The notes below the pieces were generated by a model. The model saw nothing but the letters and a program-made list of their open reading frames with translations, was not told the DNA's origin and searched no databases. This document shows positions 1 through 14,819 of a stretch of DNA of 64,000 nucleotides, in pieces. The translations under genes were made by a program, and so were the position numbers. The stretch is from assembly GCA_012295275.1 (NCBI GenBank), contig CM022669.1, positions 10,044,001-10,108,000 on the forward strand. The letters run 5' to 3'. The stretch comes from Chrysomallon squamiferum. Taxonomy: Eukaryota; Animalia; Mollusca. Positions within the stretch are counted from its first letter, which is position 1; each line of letters opens with the position of its first letter.

Positions 1-1179
1 TAACTGAACAGTTCTGGTTAAATCCTCACAGTGCTGTGATTCTAAAAGTGCATGTCCTTGTTCCCAAGACCTTAACTTTCACAATCCAGTTTATTATTTT
101 TATTTTATTTTTATTTTTTGCTATAATTACCAGACTTGCAAGCCATACCCACAGATATATTTACACATTAGTTTGGCTGCATTTATGCATTATTTTGATA
201 TTAAATTATATATAAAGATAGGTGCTACTAATATGCTTGTCAAATGATGATAAATTTATTATTTTGTTGTTATTATTTCTTTTTTTTTAAATATGATAAG
301 TGAATAAAACTGATGTACTTAATTATATGCATGTCCTGGTATTTAAGAACACCCATGTTTAATAGAATGTATACCTCAGTAAACAGTTTATTAAATGAAA
401 TTTAATTATATGATGACAGTGTGCAATGTTTTGGTAGGGGAGGGAACATGTATATTTGATTTACATACACAACACAATATTTACCAACAGATATTTCAGA
501 TTACTTCCATGTGAAAGTCCTCTGGATGATATAAAATTATGACTTTCAAACCTTTTTATCACTTCAAAAATAAATATATATATATACATATATAAACTTG
601 TTTTAAAATATGTTTTATACTGCCATATTTTTCTGAGATCTGTATTCATGTACATAGACTAAAGTCTTTTTATAAATTTTTGATTTACCAGAATTTGTAA
701 CTTGAATATGACTCCTCGAACAATTGAAAACTGCCGATATTAACTTTGGTTTTTGAAAATTCAGTTTATTATTATAATTATACTGAAATAAAAAAAATGT
801 TTTCAGGACTTGTGTATTTGTTATTTTGTTGTATTTTACATTCTTCATAGATAAGAAATTTCTTTTACAGTAAATTAAAGAACAAGTTATGAGAAAATAA
901 ATGTAGTTTGTTGTTATTATATTTATATAGATACATGCATTTCTATTGTGTGTGTGTGTGTGTGTGTGTTAAAAACTATTTTTATGTTGATGGTTACAGT
1001 TTATTTCAAATTATTGTTAGAATGCTTCTAAGCAAAACAAAATAATAGAATTATTGGAACCAGTTATATTCATTTTTTTTTATTTTCTTCTTTTTAATTT
1101 AATTTTTTTTTTTTTTTTTTTTTTTTTTCTAAAGAAAAATATGCATTTTTATGTTTTTTTATTTGTTTTTTTTTTTTTT

Positions 1180-1231
<52 letters not shown>

Positions 1232-1415
1232 TTATACACATACAAATATATGAATAACATTTCTAAATGTTAATAGAAATATTCAAATGTAATAAATTTC
1301 AGTTATATAATTCAAATATAGTGTTTACTAATATAAAGTAAATCAGGTTTAACTAAATTTCTAGAAAGTTTAAGAATTAAAAAGGACGGAACACATTAAC
1401 AGAATATCGGGTACA

Positions 1416-1441
1416 GGCGCATGCGTTTGAAGGAAGCGGAA
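1416..1441 (+). promoter_or_regulatory. Putative DDA1 proximal promoter with NRF1-like and ETS-like motifs
   Basis: GCGCATGCG at 1417-1425 (NRF1/Ewg-type consensus YGCGCAYGCGCR) followed by GCGGAA, in a locally CpG-rich patch ~40 nt upstream of the DDA1 start codon. Motif matches only. Confidence 0.5.
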
Positions 1442-1464
1442 ATGTTCATGGCAAATCGGTGAAA

Positions 1465-4400
1465 ATGGTAAGCAAACGATTTTATGGTGACATTGACAGT
1501 TTAATGTAGAATTTAATCTAACGCATAATGCGACTAGATTTTTCTGTGGCCTTTTATTATGCAAACAATTTAAATATTTTGTTTATTTTCAGGCTGATTT
1601 TCTGAAAGGTCTTCCATCTTACAACGAGAAAAATTTTGCTCGTTTTCACAGCGATTCGAGCTGCAAGACCAGTGTAAGTGTTAAATAAATCATTAAATGA
1701 ATTATATAATTACAGAAATTTAAAAAAATATAATATGTTCTGGTGATCAGTATTTACTATAGATCTTGCTAATGTATGTGTTAACTTTAGAACGTATTAT
1801 AATGTCGTGTATGTTTATGTTAATGTGATTTTGTTGCGCAGTTTTGATCAGTCGTCTCGCCGACTGTAACTTATCATTCTGGTCCATTACGCGGCTTTCA
1901 TTATTAATTAACTGTCTTAGCATTATTTCCTAATTGCAGTATCTTCCACTTAATATTAAAAACTCAAAAGGTTTTATAAAACAATCTGTTTAAGATATTT
2001 ATTATATTTTTTAAATAACGTAGTTACATAATGATAAAATTCCAAAATATTTCATTTATAATAAGAATGTTACAATTCCACAAATATTTAATAAAATCAA
2101 TTAAGCAAGATGAGTAAATGTGTTAGAATAATGAGTCCATCATTATTTTAATTGTAGATTTAAAGTTGTTTTGATTTTAATGGTGTAATTATGTTGGTGG
2201 TCGTGTTCAGACATGATATAAGAATTGACATAAGAATTTTTTCCAACATTCATATCCACACTTAAAACTGGTATTTGTTCTCATTTTGTTTAATAAGTAG
2301 GAAAAATGCATATTTTGGATTTACAAAGTATTTTGTATGTTACAAATAGTAATAGATTAAACCCCAAGGAAAACAGCAAACATAAAACAAAATTTAATGA
2401 AAATGTCAAACACTGATGTTCTAAATATGAAATACTCTGTGTCTGCAAAGGAAAGAAATAATTTGATATTATTTATAATTGTGAACAAAGTCTAGTAAAC
2501 AGAAATAATTCATTATTTTCATGTTTCTTGTTAATTGTGATTATCTATTAAAAAGCAATGTCTTAAGATAAAACAAAGAAAAGCAGGTACAGTTGGGGTT
2601 GTAGGAAAGAAAGAAACAGGAAAAAAATAAACTTCTGTTCACTGAGTGGGTGACTGAGGTGTTAGACCCACTGTTCGTGATTACCTCAGAGATAATTATT
2701 TTCTGATTAAAGCTCTTCTAGTGATGGATAATGCACCACCATACCCTCCTAATTTCATGGAATAAATGCCAGAGAAGTTCAGCTTCATTAGTGTCCACTT
2801 CTTGCCATCCAGCCCATGGACCAACAAGCAATTTCCAATTTTAAGAAACTTTACAATAAGACCCTGTTTAGGAAATGTTTTGAGGCTGTGACTTCCAGGG
2901 AAGATAGTATAAAAGAGTTTTGGAAAAGTCATTTTAATATTGCTGTGGTTTTGTTTTTTATTGTTACTGCTTGGAGAGATGTATCAGTTGGGTGTTTATG
3001 TGCTGCTTAGAACTGCTAGCACTTCATAATGAAGATGCTGAGTCACTGAAGCACAGCTTAACATCCGAGGAGTCAGGGGAGGATGAGGACAAGGAGCACA
3101 GCCATGTCATTCCAGCCCAAGAACTGAAATATGTTTTCTGGTGCTGGAACAAACTTTCCAAAATTGTTAAAGAATATCGTCCTGATGTTGGTGCTGTAGA
3201 AATGGGCCTTAATACTTTTAATGACACAGCAATGGCCCACTTTTGGAAGGTCCAGAAATCCACGTTGAAGCAGTCAACCCTAGATTCCTTCTTTAAAAGA
3301 CCTCCTACAGACGAACTGTATGTTGGACAGTCACCAAAGAGGGCTAGGAAGGATAACTTCTGTCCTTCCACCTCTTCTCAGTAATTCTCTCCTCCACTCC
3401 TGCAATCTCAACAACAGAGATAAAGTATTAATGATGTTCTTTATTTCAGGAGTTTCAATGTACATTAATACACTTATTTTACTATTTTTACACTAATATC
3501 ATTAAGGTATGACAAGTATGATACATGTCCTGGGTGCCATTTGAAGAAGAATGCTGCTGAGCACTTTCTTTTAAACATGACTGTTATTTTTTAGCTAATT
3601 TTTCAGGTAAAGTTACCTCAAAGTGTCAGATGTAAGGAGAGGGGTTCAATTTCAGAGCTTGCCAAAGGCCCTGTTTTCCATAGATGCACCTATGTTTATA
3701 AATATGATATACAAATATTCATTTTATACTAGTTTCTAGGTTTTACTGATATATTACTGTCTAAACATAGCTCTAATCATTCAAAACATTCTTAAATAAA
3801 TTTTAATTCCTTTTCTGGATATTCCTTAAAGCCAAGCAGATTATCCTTAGACTTGTTAATCCCCTGATTAATCATGTGAGTTAGCTCTGTAGACTTTTGC
3901 CAGTGTTAAAACACCTGTTACCTGGGTCCTAGTTATATAAGTCTGTTATTAAATTACAAACAGTTATCCTTATTGTGTTTCTCACACAGACCTGTACGTA
4001 TAATAAGTGAATTGTAAGTACATATAACACAGCCTCTTGTTTTTGTCATTTTAAGAAGTATGGATTACCTCTTATAACATATGTATCAGTGGACCATATA
4101 ACAAACAAGGCTCTTGAACCAATTAGGTTTGGTATATGATACCTGACTGTATATTCACTTTGTTAATCAATTCATCAGTTATACCTTACTCAGTTCCTGT
4201 ACATATACTTACTAAAATAAGGTAATAGTTCATAAATATATAGTTTATCTTTGATTCAGCAATAAATGCTAGTAAAGATTAACTTGGTAAAGTATAGTGC
4301 TTCATTTTAAAAACAAAATAAGAAAAAGAAAACAAATTCTGCATACAGCTTACAGATTTTAACTGCTAGATAAATGCATTTTTACAGCAATGTGAAAGTG

Positions 4401-5558
4401 AAACTTAATGCATTGGGTTTAAGACTAGACAGTTGTATGCATTTTTCACAAGTGAGAGAGTGTTTAAAATAGATGGCACAGTACATTCCATATTAATTAA
4501 ATTATTAATATTATTCAAAGTAATGAATAATTAGTGAATTATAAATTAAAATAACACAAATATTTGAAATTTTGTTTAGGTGAGAAGGCCAACAGTATAT
4601 ATTTCAACCAAAGAACATCCATCAGAACAAGGTATATATTCACTGTTGATTAATAATGATTATTAATCATTTTTATTTTAATAAGTAATGAAAAAAAAGT
4701 ATATAGTTGTGTACACATAAATTGATATATATATATATTCATCATTTTTGTTCATATAAAAAGAAAGAAAAAATCAGAAAGCTTTTAACATCTTATTCCA
4801 ATAGTTAATTTACTCTTTTATATATGAGACTTAGTATATTGCCAGTAATTAAATAAAATATTGAGACTTTGGGTCTCAGTTTAATTTTTAAATTTAGAAA
4901 TTATTTTATAAGTTACTTTACTAAAAATGAAGTTATGGGTACCGGGGAAAGTAAGAATCATCACATAAGGTACTCAAGAAAATATTTTTTAATTTCAGTG
5001 ATCACTACAGAAAAGACCAATATTCTGCTGCGTTATTTGCATCAACAGTGGGACAGAAAGGTAAACAAAAAATGTTGTCCACGATTTTATTTTGAGCTGA
5101 TATATATTCTATTTTATTTATATATCTTCGCTGATTTAAAAAACAATATTCATATTTGTGTTCGTTCTCCTTCCAGCCAACATTTTAGAAAATAACTTGT
5201 ACTGTAATCGTATAATAAATCGAATATTCCTTAAGAAAACTGAATGAGAAATTTAAATTTAAAGAAAAGAAAATCTTTTTTCATTCCAGAATTCAGAAAT
5301 ACAAATCAGTATTTCTTATTTTATTTATTTAGTGATTAAATAAAAGAAATGTTTATTGGTGTTTTTTTTAAAGTTTATATTAAATGTTTCTTTCTTTAAA
5401 TTTCCAGATTTGAATTTGCGTGTTAATAACATTAAATTTCTTCAAAATTTCAGAATTCCAGTAAAAAGCGTGATTCGAGTAGAGCAAGTCTGGAAGATGG
5501 AAGTTCGCCAAGTTCGTGCAAGATACCAAGACTGAGCTCAACTGATGATGCATCATAG
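1465..5558 (+). CDS. DDA1: DET1- and DDB1-associated protein 1 (CRL4 subunit), 100 aa, 5 coding exons
   Basis: Exons 1465-1467 (ATG|gtaagc), 1593-1673, 4580-4631, 4999-5060, 5454-5558, all GT-AG and in phase. Translation: [100 protein letters not shown]. Matches the known DDA1 motifs MADFLKGLP...FHxDS and [16 protein letters not shown]. Confidence 0.96.
2630..3420 (+). mobile_element. Decayed Tigger/pogo (Tc1-mariner superfamily) transposase remnant in DDA1 intron 2
   Basis: Broken frames read [37 protein letters not shown]...FWKSHFNI...AW and C-terminal [10 protein letters not shown], typical of Tigger DDE_1 transposases. Internal stop, deletions and frameshifts; TIRs not identified. Confidence 0.85.
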
Positions 5559-5750
5559 ACATTCCTGAAAATACAAACAAATCCTGACGTCTTTCTTCCT
5601 AGCAAATCTGTCACTGTAGTAGCTGTTGTTCTTGACAATTTGTTCACTTCCTCGTGTTCACTGATGCAAAACAACAAAAAAAGAAGAAGAAAAAGGCTTT
5701 AAAAAAAAAAAATTGTAACATTTTTATCTTTTTGTTAAAATCTAGGGGGG

Positions 5751-5783
<33 letters not shown>

Positions 5784-8269
5784 TTTATACAGGAAGGAAA
5801 AGCAGAAGAGGGGGGAATGTGGTGTGTAATGTTGCTTAGAAAAATGATTTTCAGTTTCAGAATCTGGTAATAATCACAAATCAAAAATGTAATTTTCCTT
5901 ACTTTTTCTTTAAATTTTAAATTCTTTTTATTTTTATTATTTTTTTGTTATTATTATTTCTTCTATTTCTTTTTATATTATTATTATTTTTTTTTTTTTT
6001 TATCATTTTAAATAATTAAAAATGCAAATGGATTCAAAGTCAGATGTTGAAATGTAATTATTTTGATCAGTTTATACCAATTTTCCAGCTGTTTTTTATT
6101 ACTATATTTTTGGGTACTATTTTATAATCCGCATACAGAGATATGTTTTGTTCTTGCAAGTATTTTCTTACATTGTGAGAGTTAGATATGTTATCAATCA
6201 TGATTTGACTATTGTATTTTTTTTATTATTCTATTGATTTTCATTTTATATCTCTTTTATTTTTATTTATTTTTTCAAATTTGTTATTTTTATTTATATT
6301 TTAAATTTTATTTTATTTATTTTTATTTTTTCAATTTTTTTTATTATTTAACTTTTCATTTGATTTGAATTTTGTATTTTTTTTTAATATTACATTCTTG
6401 TTAAAATTATTTGTTCATGTTCATTATTATGCATTTTTTGTTTTTGTTCAGGTTTTTATTTGATTTTTGTTATAAATAAAATTATTAATTTATTTTTATT
6501 TTATTTTATTTTATTTTTTGTTTTGATACAGACATAAGTGCTCAGTATAAAGTAAAGCGTAGTAAGTCACTGATGTGAATGTCAGTGTGGTGGCAACAGC
6601 ATTTTATAAAAATATTCTTTTCATATACTGTTTGCTTATGCATTGATTTGTCCATAATTGAAGTTATCAGTTTGTTTCTTGTGTGTATTTTTTTACACTC
6701 TGCTTTTGTATGGAGATTGTCAGGTGAAAAAAAAATTAAATATTTTGTGTACAATGGATTAAGATGTTCTGTATGATAGTATTTGATGTTTTCACAAAAA
6801 AGTACTCTCTTTACAGGTGTCAAAAATTATTTCAATTTTTAATTATTTTTGTAATGTTTAAAAGCTTAAATGATCAGAAATTACCATCAATTTTTTTTTG
6901 TTCGAATGGTTTGCTGTTGACTTTTAAATAAATTGCTTAATTTTTAATTATTTGTATCATGTATTGTCTGAATAAGGAAAATATTAATATATTATTTGAA
7001 AAGAAAAGATAACATACCTTTCAATGTGGGCATTATTTGTTGGATAAAAATTTACAAAAACTATTTATTAAAAATTTACTTTAAAAAAATTTTAAGCAAC
7101 ATTTATAAAATGCATTCTGCATTAAAATTATAAGCTTTAATCAGGTTAAATGATCCTGTGAAATTATTGTTTGTAAAACGTGTAAATATTCTTTTTGCAT
7201 CATATGCTGTCATAATGGATGAGTTTAGTAACAGTTCTGGTTATACTGATTTATTATTCTTTCAACAACTTTGATTTGGTTATTAGAGTATTTTTGAAAA
7301 TTTTGCTATGAAAACATTTAGAGATGACAGAATCATGATAAAGATAAACATGAAAAAGTTTTCACTTTTGAAAAAAAATCAGTTTTATAATGTTTATAAA
7401 AATGTTCACATCTATATCTCTTACTTTTTTCTATGAACCCCATTACATCAGCCCCTCCACTCTCTCTCTTTCTCTCTCTCTCTCTCTTTCTCCTTTAAGA
7501 GATTATTATTCTTTGATCACTGCGTATCATAATAATCACTGACTGGTATAAAATCAAAACCTGTTTATACAATCAGGTAGATAGCATTTATCATTAACAG
7601 GTTACAATTTAGTAAATTATGCGTTTAGAAATTGTCTTTATTAAAGCTTAATTTTTATTATTAGTTTGTCATCTTTCATATTTAATAAATAATAAGTCTT
7701 TATAACTCGTGTACATCTGATTCATATATTAATTACCTGAAGAATTGCGTTATTGAAATCAAAACAGGGTATGAAATTAATTTATAAGGAAAATAAAATA
7801 CAGAATGTTTCAGTGAGATGTATCGGCCCATGTTTTATAAAAATATATTTTTTTATTATTACTGCTACTACTACTGAGTATACTACCAGTAAAAATAACA
7901 GAATACAAAATAAACAGGAAACAAAAGTTAAAAATATGATGTAAGTTTTGAGACTACTTAGTACAAATAATATTTGTTGCAGATAATAATACGTAGTATA
8001 TTTTCTTTGTTATTATGTAAATATCTGTACTACGTAAAAGTTTTGAAAAATTCACTGTGATGTGATTTTTTGATGACAATTAAGTTTGCAGAAAATGTTT
8101 AGAATTGTTGCAGCTTAGCTTTAGTGGTTAGGTTAGTGGCCTTAACTTTGATCTCGTATGCACATTAATTATTGCTGAAGGTTATTACTTCATAAAATGA
8201 TTTTAGGTGATGGACAAGTAGGTTTTCATCTTGCCATGACAAATCCTGTACTTGTATATCGCCAAGTTT

Positions 8270-8290
8270 GTATTATTATTATTGTTGTTA

Positions 8291-8331
<41 letters not shown>

Positions 8332-8334
8332 TTA

Positions 8335-8424
<90 letters not shown>

Positions 8425-8440
8425 CATCATCATTATTATT
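8270..8440. repeat. (TAT)n microsatellite
   Basis: Long near-perfect TAT run; explains the poly-I/L/Y ORFs in the track. Confidence 0.95.
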
Positions 8441-8887
8441 TAAAAATGTATATTGTTACATAAAAAAGTAGTTTATTTCTAGATATATGTGTAATAATAA
8501 TGAAACTTAAATAAATGCATGTACATATATAAAATAAATGTAGATCATGTTGCCAATTAATTACAGTTGCTACTAAAAGATTAGACCATTTTAATTTTTT
8601 GGAAATGTTTAACCATTAAAAATGATTTCAGATAATATTTTTATTTTGTTAATTGTATTTTTAGTTTATTTATTTTTTAATTATTATTTTATTTATTTTT
8701 TAATTTAATTTAATTTTTATTTATTTATTTATTTATTTTTTGTCTTCATCTTTAATTTGTTAACTATTTCATAAAAATATAGGTGTGAAACTTGATTTGG
8801 AACAGAAAGTTTTTGCCACTTCAGTATCTTTCCTTGAAGCAAATGTGATTTGCCATTTACTTTGTAATGATTTCAGCTTTTATTTTA

Positions 8888-8952
<65 letters not shown>

Positions 8953-10719
8953 TTATAAAAACATTGAGTGTTCTTTCATAACTGAAGGACAGCTTGTGCA
9001 AAATATATGTTTGAATAAGCTTGTTATTGTGTTTGTAAATTGTTTACTGTGGTACTGACTGCCTGCGATATATTTGGTAGATAACTGACTTAATGTATAT
9101 GTTTATGTTGCATAAATTGTATACTGTGTTAATTAAATGTACAAGTCAAATGGAAAATGTACATCTTTTTGCGAAGCTTTATTTTTAATTATTATTATTA
9201 TTATTTTTATTATTTTTTATTTTTTTTTTATTTGCCAATGCTTTATGTCATGTAAACTTTGTATATATTAAATAAATCGATTAAAATATATTCATGATTC
9301 GTTATCATTTTGAAAACATAAAATAACAAAAGTTAAATATATAAAGAATGGCCTATTATTATTATTATTATTAATCTGAATGACGTCAGTTATTTGATAT
9401 TTACCCTCGGCCAAGCTAAAGTATCATCAAAGTTTAGCTTTTGAAGTAAGAGAAAAGTATTTAAGGTAAAATATTTAAATTTGAAGCATACCATTCTTAT
9501 GAAAAAACAAACAAATAGGAATTGGCACAAATTGTTTGGTATAAAGTTTTACAAAAACTTTAAATATACTTTTTGTGCATATAGATATCCATGAAATGCC
9601 CTGTAAAAACTTGGTAGTTACTGTTAAAATAATCTATAATTAATAAATACATATATAGAAACAAAACTAGTATTAATACTAATAATTGTTGTACATTAGT
9701 TGCAATAATTATATAATTATTTAATTTATTTATTCTCTTTATGAAATCTGAATGTTTATCTATCTATCTTTTTTTTATATATTATTACTACCATTATTAC
9801 TATTTATAACTCAAATGGAAAACCTGTAAAATGCAAGTAAGACACGAATAGCCTCCCTTATTCCAGACGTACTTCATATCTGCATGTAGCTGGTAACATT
9901 ATCATATATATTTTTTTTGATTATTATTATTATTTTTAATTATTATTTTTTTAAAGTTTTTTATAAGGATTTGTGTGAATATTCTGCTTTGCTCTTTTAT
10001 GTTCTTGATTTTTTGGTTGGTTTGTTTCTTTCTTATTTCCAGTATATTCATAATTATTCACTTTGCTCGCTGTACTATGGTTGCAATTAATCATTATTAA
10101 TAAGTGTTACAATATCTCTTCCTAGCACACCCATTCTTTCACATACACACACAGATAAGATAAAAGAGATACACAGAAATGAATATATCGTTTATTCTGA
10201 ATAGAGGGCTGATTAAATATCCACCAGTATAGAACCTGCTAATTTGGAAGGGTTTATCTGTGTGTACATATACATAGCAAGGGACAAAGATAGCTACAAA
10301 CACTTTCTTCTCTACTTTCTGTACCGCTTAATTGTTTTCTTTTCTCGTATGCCGTTTCATTCAGGGATGCTGATGTATTAAGTGTCTGTGTTTTAACTCC
10401 CACCTTCAATCAAGACGCACCGCGGCACGCAGACGTTCGAAAATCACCCAAATAAGGAGGTTGTTTAATTAACTTTGTCACGTTAAGCGTTGTGTTTTTC
10501 TTACTCGCTGGTCTTTCTGCTAGAATCACGTTCAGTCGTCTGATAGAAAAACAGGGTCTCTCTGTTAATAACCATTATTGTCCTTAATTTTTAATTATAA
10601 ATGTAATTATCGTTATTATGAATGCCGTGATAAAAATTGTGTTTAAACGTAAACACGCATATAATAATTATATATATTATAATAATAATGTAGATATAAT
10701 AGAACATATTAGCACGTAC

Positions 10720-10797
10720 GCATACAGTATATATATAGTATATACAACATACACACATACATACTACATACATACATACATACATACATACATACAT

Positions 10798-10838
<41 letters not shown>

Positions 10839-10950
10839 TACATACATGCATACACACATACACATTTACACAAACACATACGCACATATATACACACATG
10901 CAAGTACACACACATATATATACTCACTCACACATACACACATATATATT
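10720..10950. repeat. Compound (CATA)n/(TA)n/(CA)n microsatellite
   Basis: Directly visible. Confidence 0.9.
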
Positions 10951-11599
10951 AGATGGAAAGGCAAACAGACAGACAGACATTATAGATATACAGCTGCATG
11001 CATAAGCAAGACGCTAAAATTAGTAACACGGTAGTGTCGCAAACATAACGGGAAATCACGTTTTCTTTGAGCCGGGGTTAATAACACTGCGAGTATAGGC
11101 TCTCAGGACGCAGCCCACGAACACATGGCTTTCAGTGGCCTATCAGCACGCCGCCATGTCATCACAGCTATAGGTGAAATAATTGAATTGAATTCACTGT
11201 TTGCACGGATACACTATCCCGTTATTGATACGTGGTGATCGGACACTCCGTTCGCCGCCAGACAAAGCAGCCGGCCCGTGGGACTGCCAGAACAACTGGC
11301 TATTGTAAACATCCAGTTTTTAGAACGTTCTCCCATTGTCGTGACGTCATTGTGAATATATTAATAAAATTAATGAGCCGAATGCACGTATTAAATGAAT
11401 CGTGTTTGTTGTGGTGTATGACTTCTGTACAGCGTATTGGGTGAGTTTGTTTGTTTATTTTAAAATAAAGATTAGCCTGTTAGCTGCTGCATTTGTAGTA
11501 ATAATGTTTTGTCAGGTTGTAAATAAAGTTGTTAGATCGGTACATATATAAATAGACATGAATATATGTGCATACATATATAAACTTATATACACAGTG

Positions 11600-11685
<86 letters not shown>

Positions 11686-11797
11686 CATACACGCGTACTT
11701 ATAGGGTTAGTGAGGGACGGAAAGGAAGGAATTAATAACCGTTATTGTAAAGGAAATTGTGATTGCGTCGAAATGGACTGATTCTGCTAGACACATG

Positions 11798-11860
<63 letters not shown>
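11600..11860. repeat. (TA)n(GA)n and (CA)n microsatellites
   Basis: (TA)(GA) at ~11600-11682 and (CA) at ~11803-11850. Confidence 0.95.
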
Positions 11861-13224
11861 TCACCAACAAAAACATATACTTAGGAAATTACAATTATAA
11901 TTACGCGAGCTGACACACAATGTAACACGACCCGAAGAAGAAAACGAAAAATCTCCCTTACGTTTCTGACTCATTCTCTCTTACACAATGAACCATTTAA
12001 CAATTGTCTTGCATTCCTCGCCGAGCCTCAGAGTTGAAACATTTCACGTGAAAATGAATGACCGCTGGCTGTATGTGTTAATAATCATAACAACAACAGC
12101 GAAAGTTTTGATCTTTAATGTCGAAACTTGCCTCTGGGTAGACGGGATGTGAGAGAGATTGACAATCGTAAATAAAACATGGAGGAGATGCACAAAACAC
12201 CGTGAAAGAAATTATTGACGCCTCCAGAAACGTGACAAGATGTGGATACTCCAGTTCTCCTAGTTACTCTTCGCTATTTTTTTTAATTTCTCGTTGAATG
12301 ATTTGCAAGAGTTGGAGAAACTTTCAAAAAAGTTAATCAGTTCATGCCACAAGAAAACAACAGGCTGATAAAATATAATTACGAGAAAATAATGTTAGAG
12401 TTAGCATAAAAATTGTAAAATGTAAAAAATTATTTTGCTAATGATAAAAATGTAAAAACAGAACGACAAATAATGAAATAACAGAGCTCGCAAAATTAAA
12501 TAAATAAATATACTTTTAAAATTTCTAAATAAATAAACTGCCTTTTTGTTTACTCGTTTTATCATGATATATCTAAATTATTATCGAAATGTGTATATAT
12601 ATTTGTGTGTGTTTGTGTGTTTAAAGGGTTGGGTATAAATATGAAAATAAAGTAAACGGATTTTGTTTCATGCACATTTCCATTCTGATAGTTTAAAAAG
12701 AACGAGGAAAAAAACCCCACCAAAACCCCACCAAAAACAAACAAAAACAAGATTAAACTATTTTATTATACAGAACAGGAGAGCATTTCCAGACCCCCCC
12801 CCTTTCCTGGACCACCGTGGATATGCGCCCACTTTTATGACAGATCTGCCTCTCGTTATTATTATATTTCTAATATGTAATATCTTTTCTTATTAAATCC
12901 TTTTCCGCCTATGGTCATTACATTTGCAATTTTTAATATAACTGAAGATGACTTGCAAGTACCAGTCTATGAAATTAATGTTTAAATTATCGGCTGTAAT
13001 TAGCATAATTTAATAACACTATATATGTATGTGTATACATGTATTCATATTGCCTACATTTATAAATCGCATATATTTGCACCACCACATGAATATATGC
13101 GAGGCATTCTGATGGATGGAATATATTATTGTATCTGGCAACGGATTTATTTCAGAAAGATATTGCGAATATGAGACTGTAAAATGTGATCTTACTGACG
13201 GCGCTAATGTCTCTTTCTCGAAGA

Positions 13225-13395
13225 ACTCGAATATTTTTCACAACAATGACGATGATTCCGTTGATTCGAATATTTTTCTCAACAACAATGAAGATCATTC
13301 TTTTGATTCGAAAAGTTTTAACTGCAATGAAGACAATTCTGCTAACTCAAATATTTTTACAGTAATGAAAATTTTATAGTGAAGATAATTCTTTT
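13225..13395. repeat. Degenerate ~39-42 bp tandem repeat (about 4 copies)
   Basis: Recurring tcgaatatttt...caatgaaga...attc units. Confidence 0.65.
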
Positions 13396-14463
13396 TTTAT
13401 CAAGATAATTATACTCCTAGTGTGTCTCGACATTCCCATAAACAAACAAATAAATAAATAAATCATGATGATGAAGTTACAATGATGGAGCTCTAACTAC
13501 TGTGAAAAAAAAGAAGTTAATTAACATCATTATGAAAACTACTACAGATATATTTGCTGTTGACACTACAGCTACTACTTATATGACTATTTCTACTAAT
13601 ACTGCTACAGCAACTGTCTCTACTGATATTGATGATACTACTTGAACAACGACTAATATTAATACAACTTCATCGACATCAGTTGCTCGAATGCGTGTAC
13701 CATTACTATCACCATATTTTGTACAATATCTGCCTACTACCCACCATCACAACAGAACTACAGCGCCTACTAATTCATGTACTATCACTTCAACATCCAC
13801 CAATACCAGTAATCATTATTTTATCATTATTATCATCATCATCACCGCCATCATCTTCAAAGTCATCATCATCCGAACAACCATTGTTTTTAATGTCATC
13901 ATCATCACTGTTGATACCCGTCGACATAACTGGCATTGTTAACATGGTCAGCTTTTATCTTCATCCTACGTTGTTGTTGTTATCATCGTCAGCATCGCTA
14001 CGGCGTTCTGTTACTGCGTCTTTGAGTGGAGGAACAGCAGTGTAAACATGTTACAAGAGATGTAAGTGGTAAACAGATGTCTTCATCACCGACGTGGACG
14101 TCAGTGTGTTTGTTCTCGCCATATGGCTAATGAGATAAGAATCACTTCCTCGCCAATAAAGTGTTTGAAGAAAACATGTTTCACTCCGAGTCAGCCGATC
14201 TCTGACAGTTATTAGAACGCAGAAACAAATTACAAAAAAATAATAATAATAAAGATTAAAAAAAAAAAAAAAAAAAAAGAAAAACATGAGGCGGGAGGTG
14301 AATGTATCGGCAGGATGAATCAGATGCGTTCTTACTGGTCGGTTTAAAGTCAAAGGTAATTTTTTTTTGTTATTGTTGTTCTCGTTTTTAATAACAAAAA
14401 TTCTAGAAGTTTGTATGTTAGAAAATATATGATAATATTTAATGATGATGATGATGATAATAG

Positions 14464-14494
<31 letters not shown>

Positions 14495-14819
14495 AATAAA
14501 ATTAAATAAAATTAAATAATTTATAAAGCACCTAAGAAGCCGTATGTATATTATGTGTATGTATGTTTGTTTAGCAGTGTGTGCGATTGTATGTGTAATT
14601 TTGTTAATGCGTGTGTGGGTGATCCTGATTAAGGTACTGAACTGAACTTAACAACACAAAAATACCAGCACTTTTTATGAATGAAGCATACATATTTGAC
14701 TGAACAACGACATGTTTTTGCAAAATCAGAATTCATGGTTTTACAAGCTTTGGTGATAAAGTGCAATTTCAAGAATAAAAAAATTACGTTTGCTTTATAT
14801 ATCAAATCAAAAAACGTAT

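Noticed and set aside
3-216. Open frame at the left edge (TEQFWLNPHSAVILKVHV...) that could be the tail of an upstream gene
   Set aside because: No recognisable family match, and it runs into T-rich low-complexity sequence; cannot be supported from this window.
5401-5413. Upstream acceptor-like tttccag before the DDA1 last exon
   Set aside because: Leads immediately to ATT TGA; the 5453 acceptor gives the homologous NxxKKRD continuation.
13116-13379. 87-aa ORF with in-frame SNIF..N.DD repeats
   Set aside because: Explained by a degenerate 39-42 bp tandem repeat; no splice sites or homology seen.
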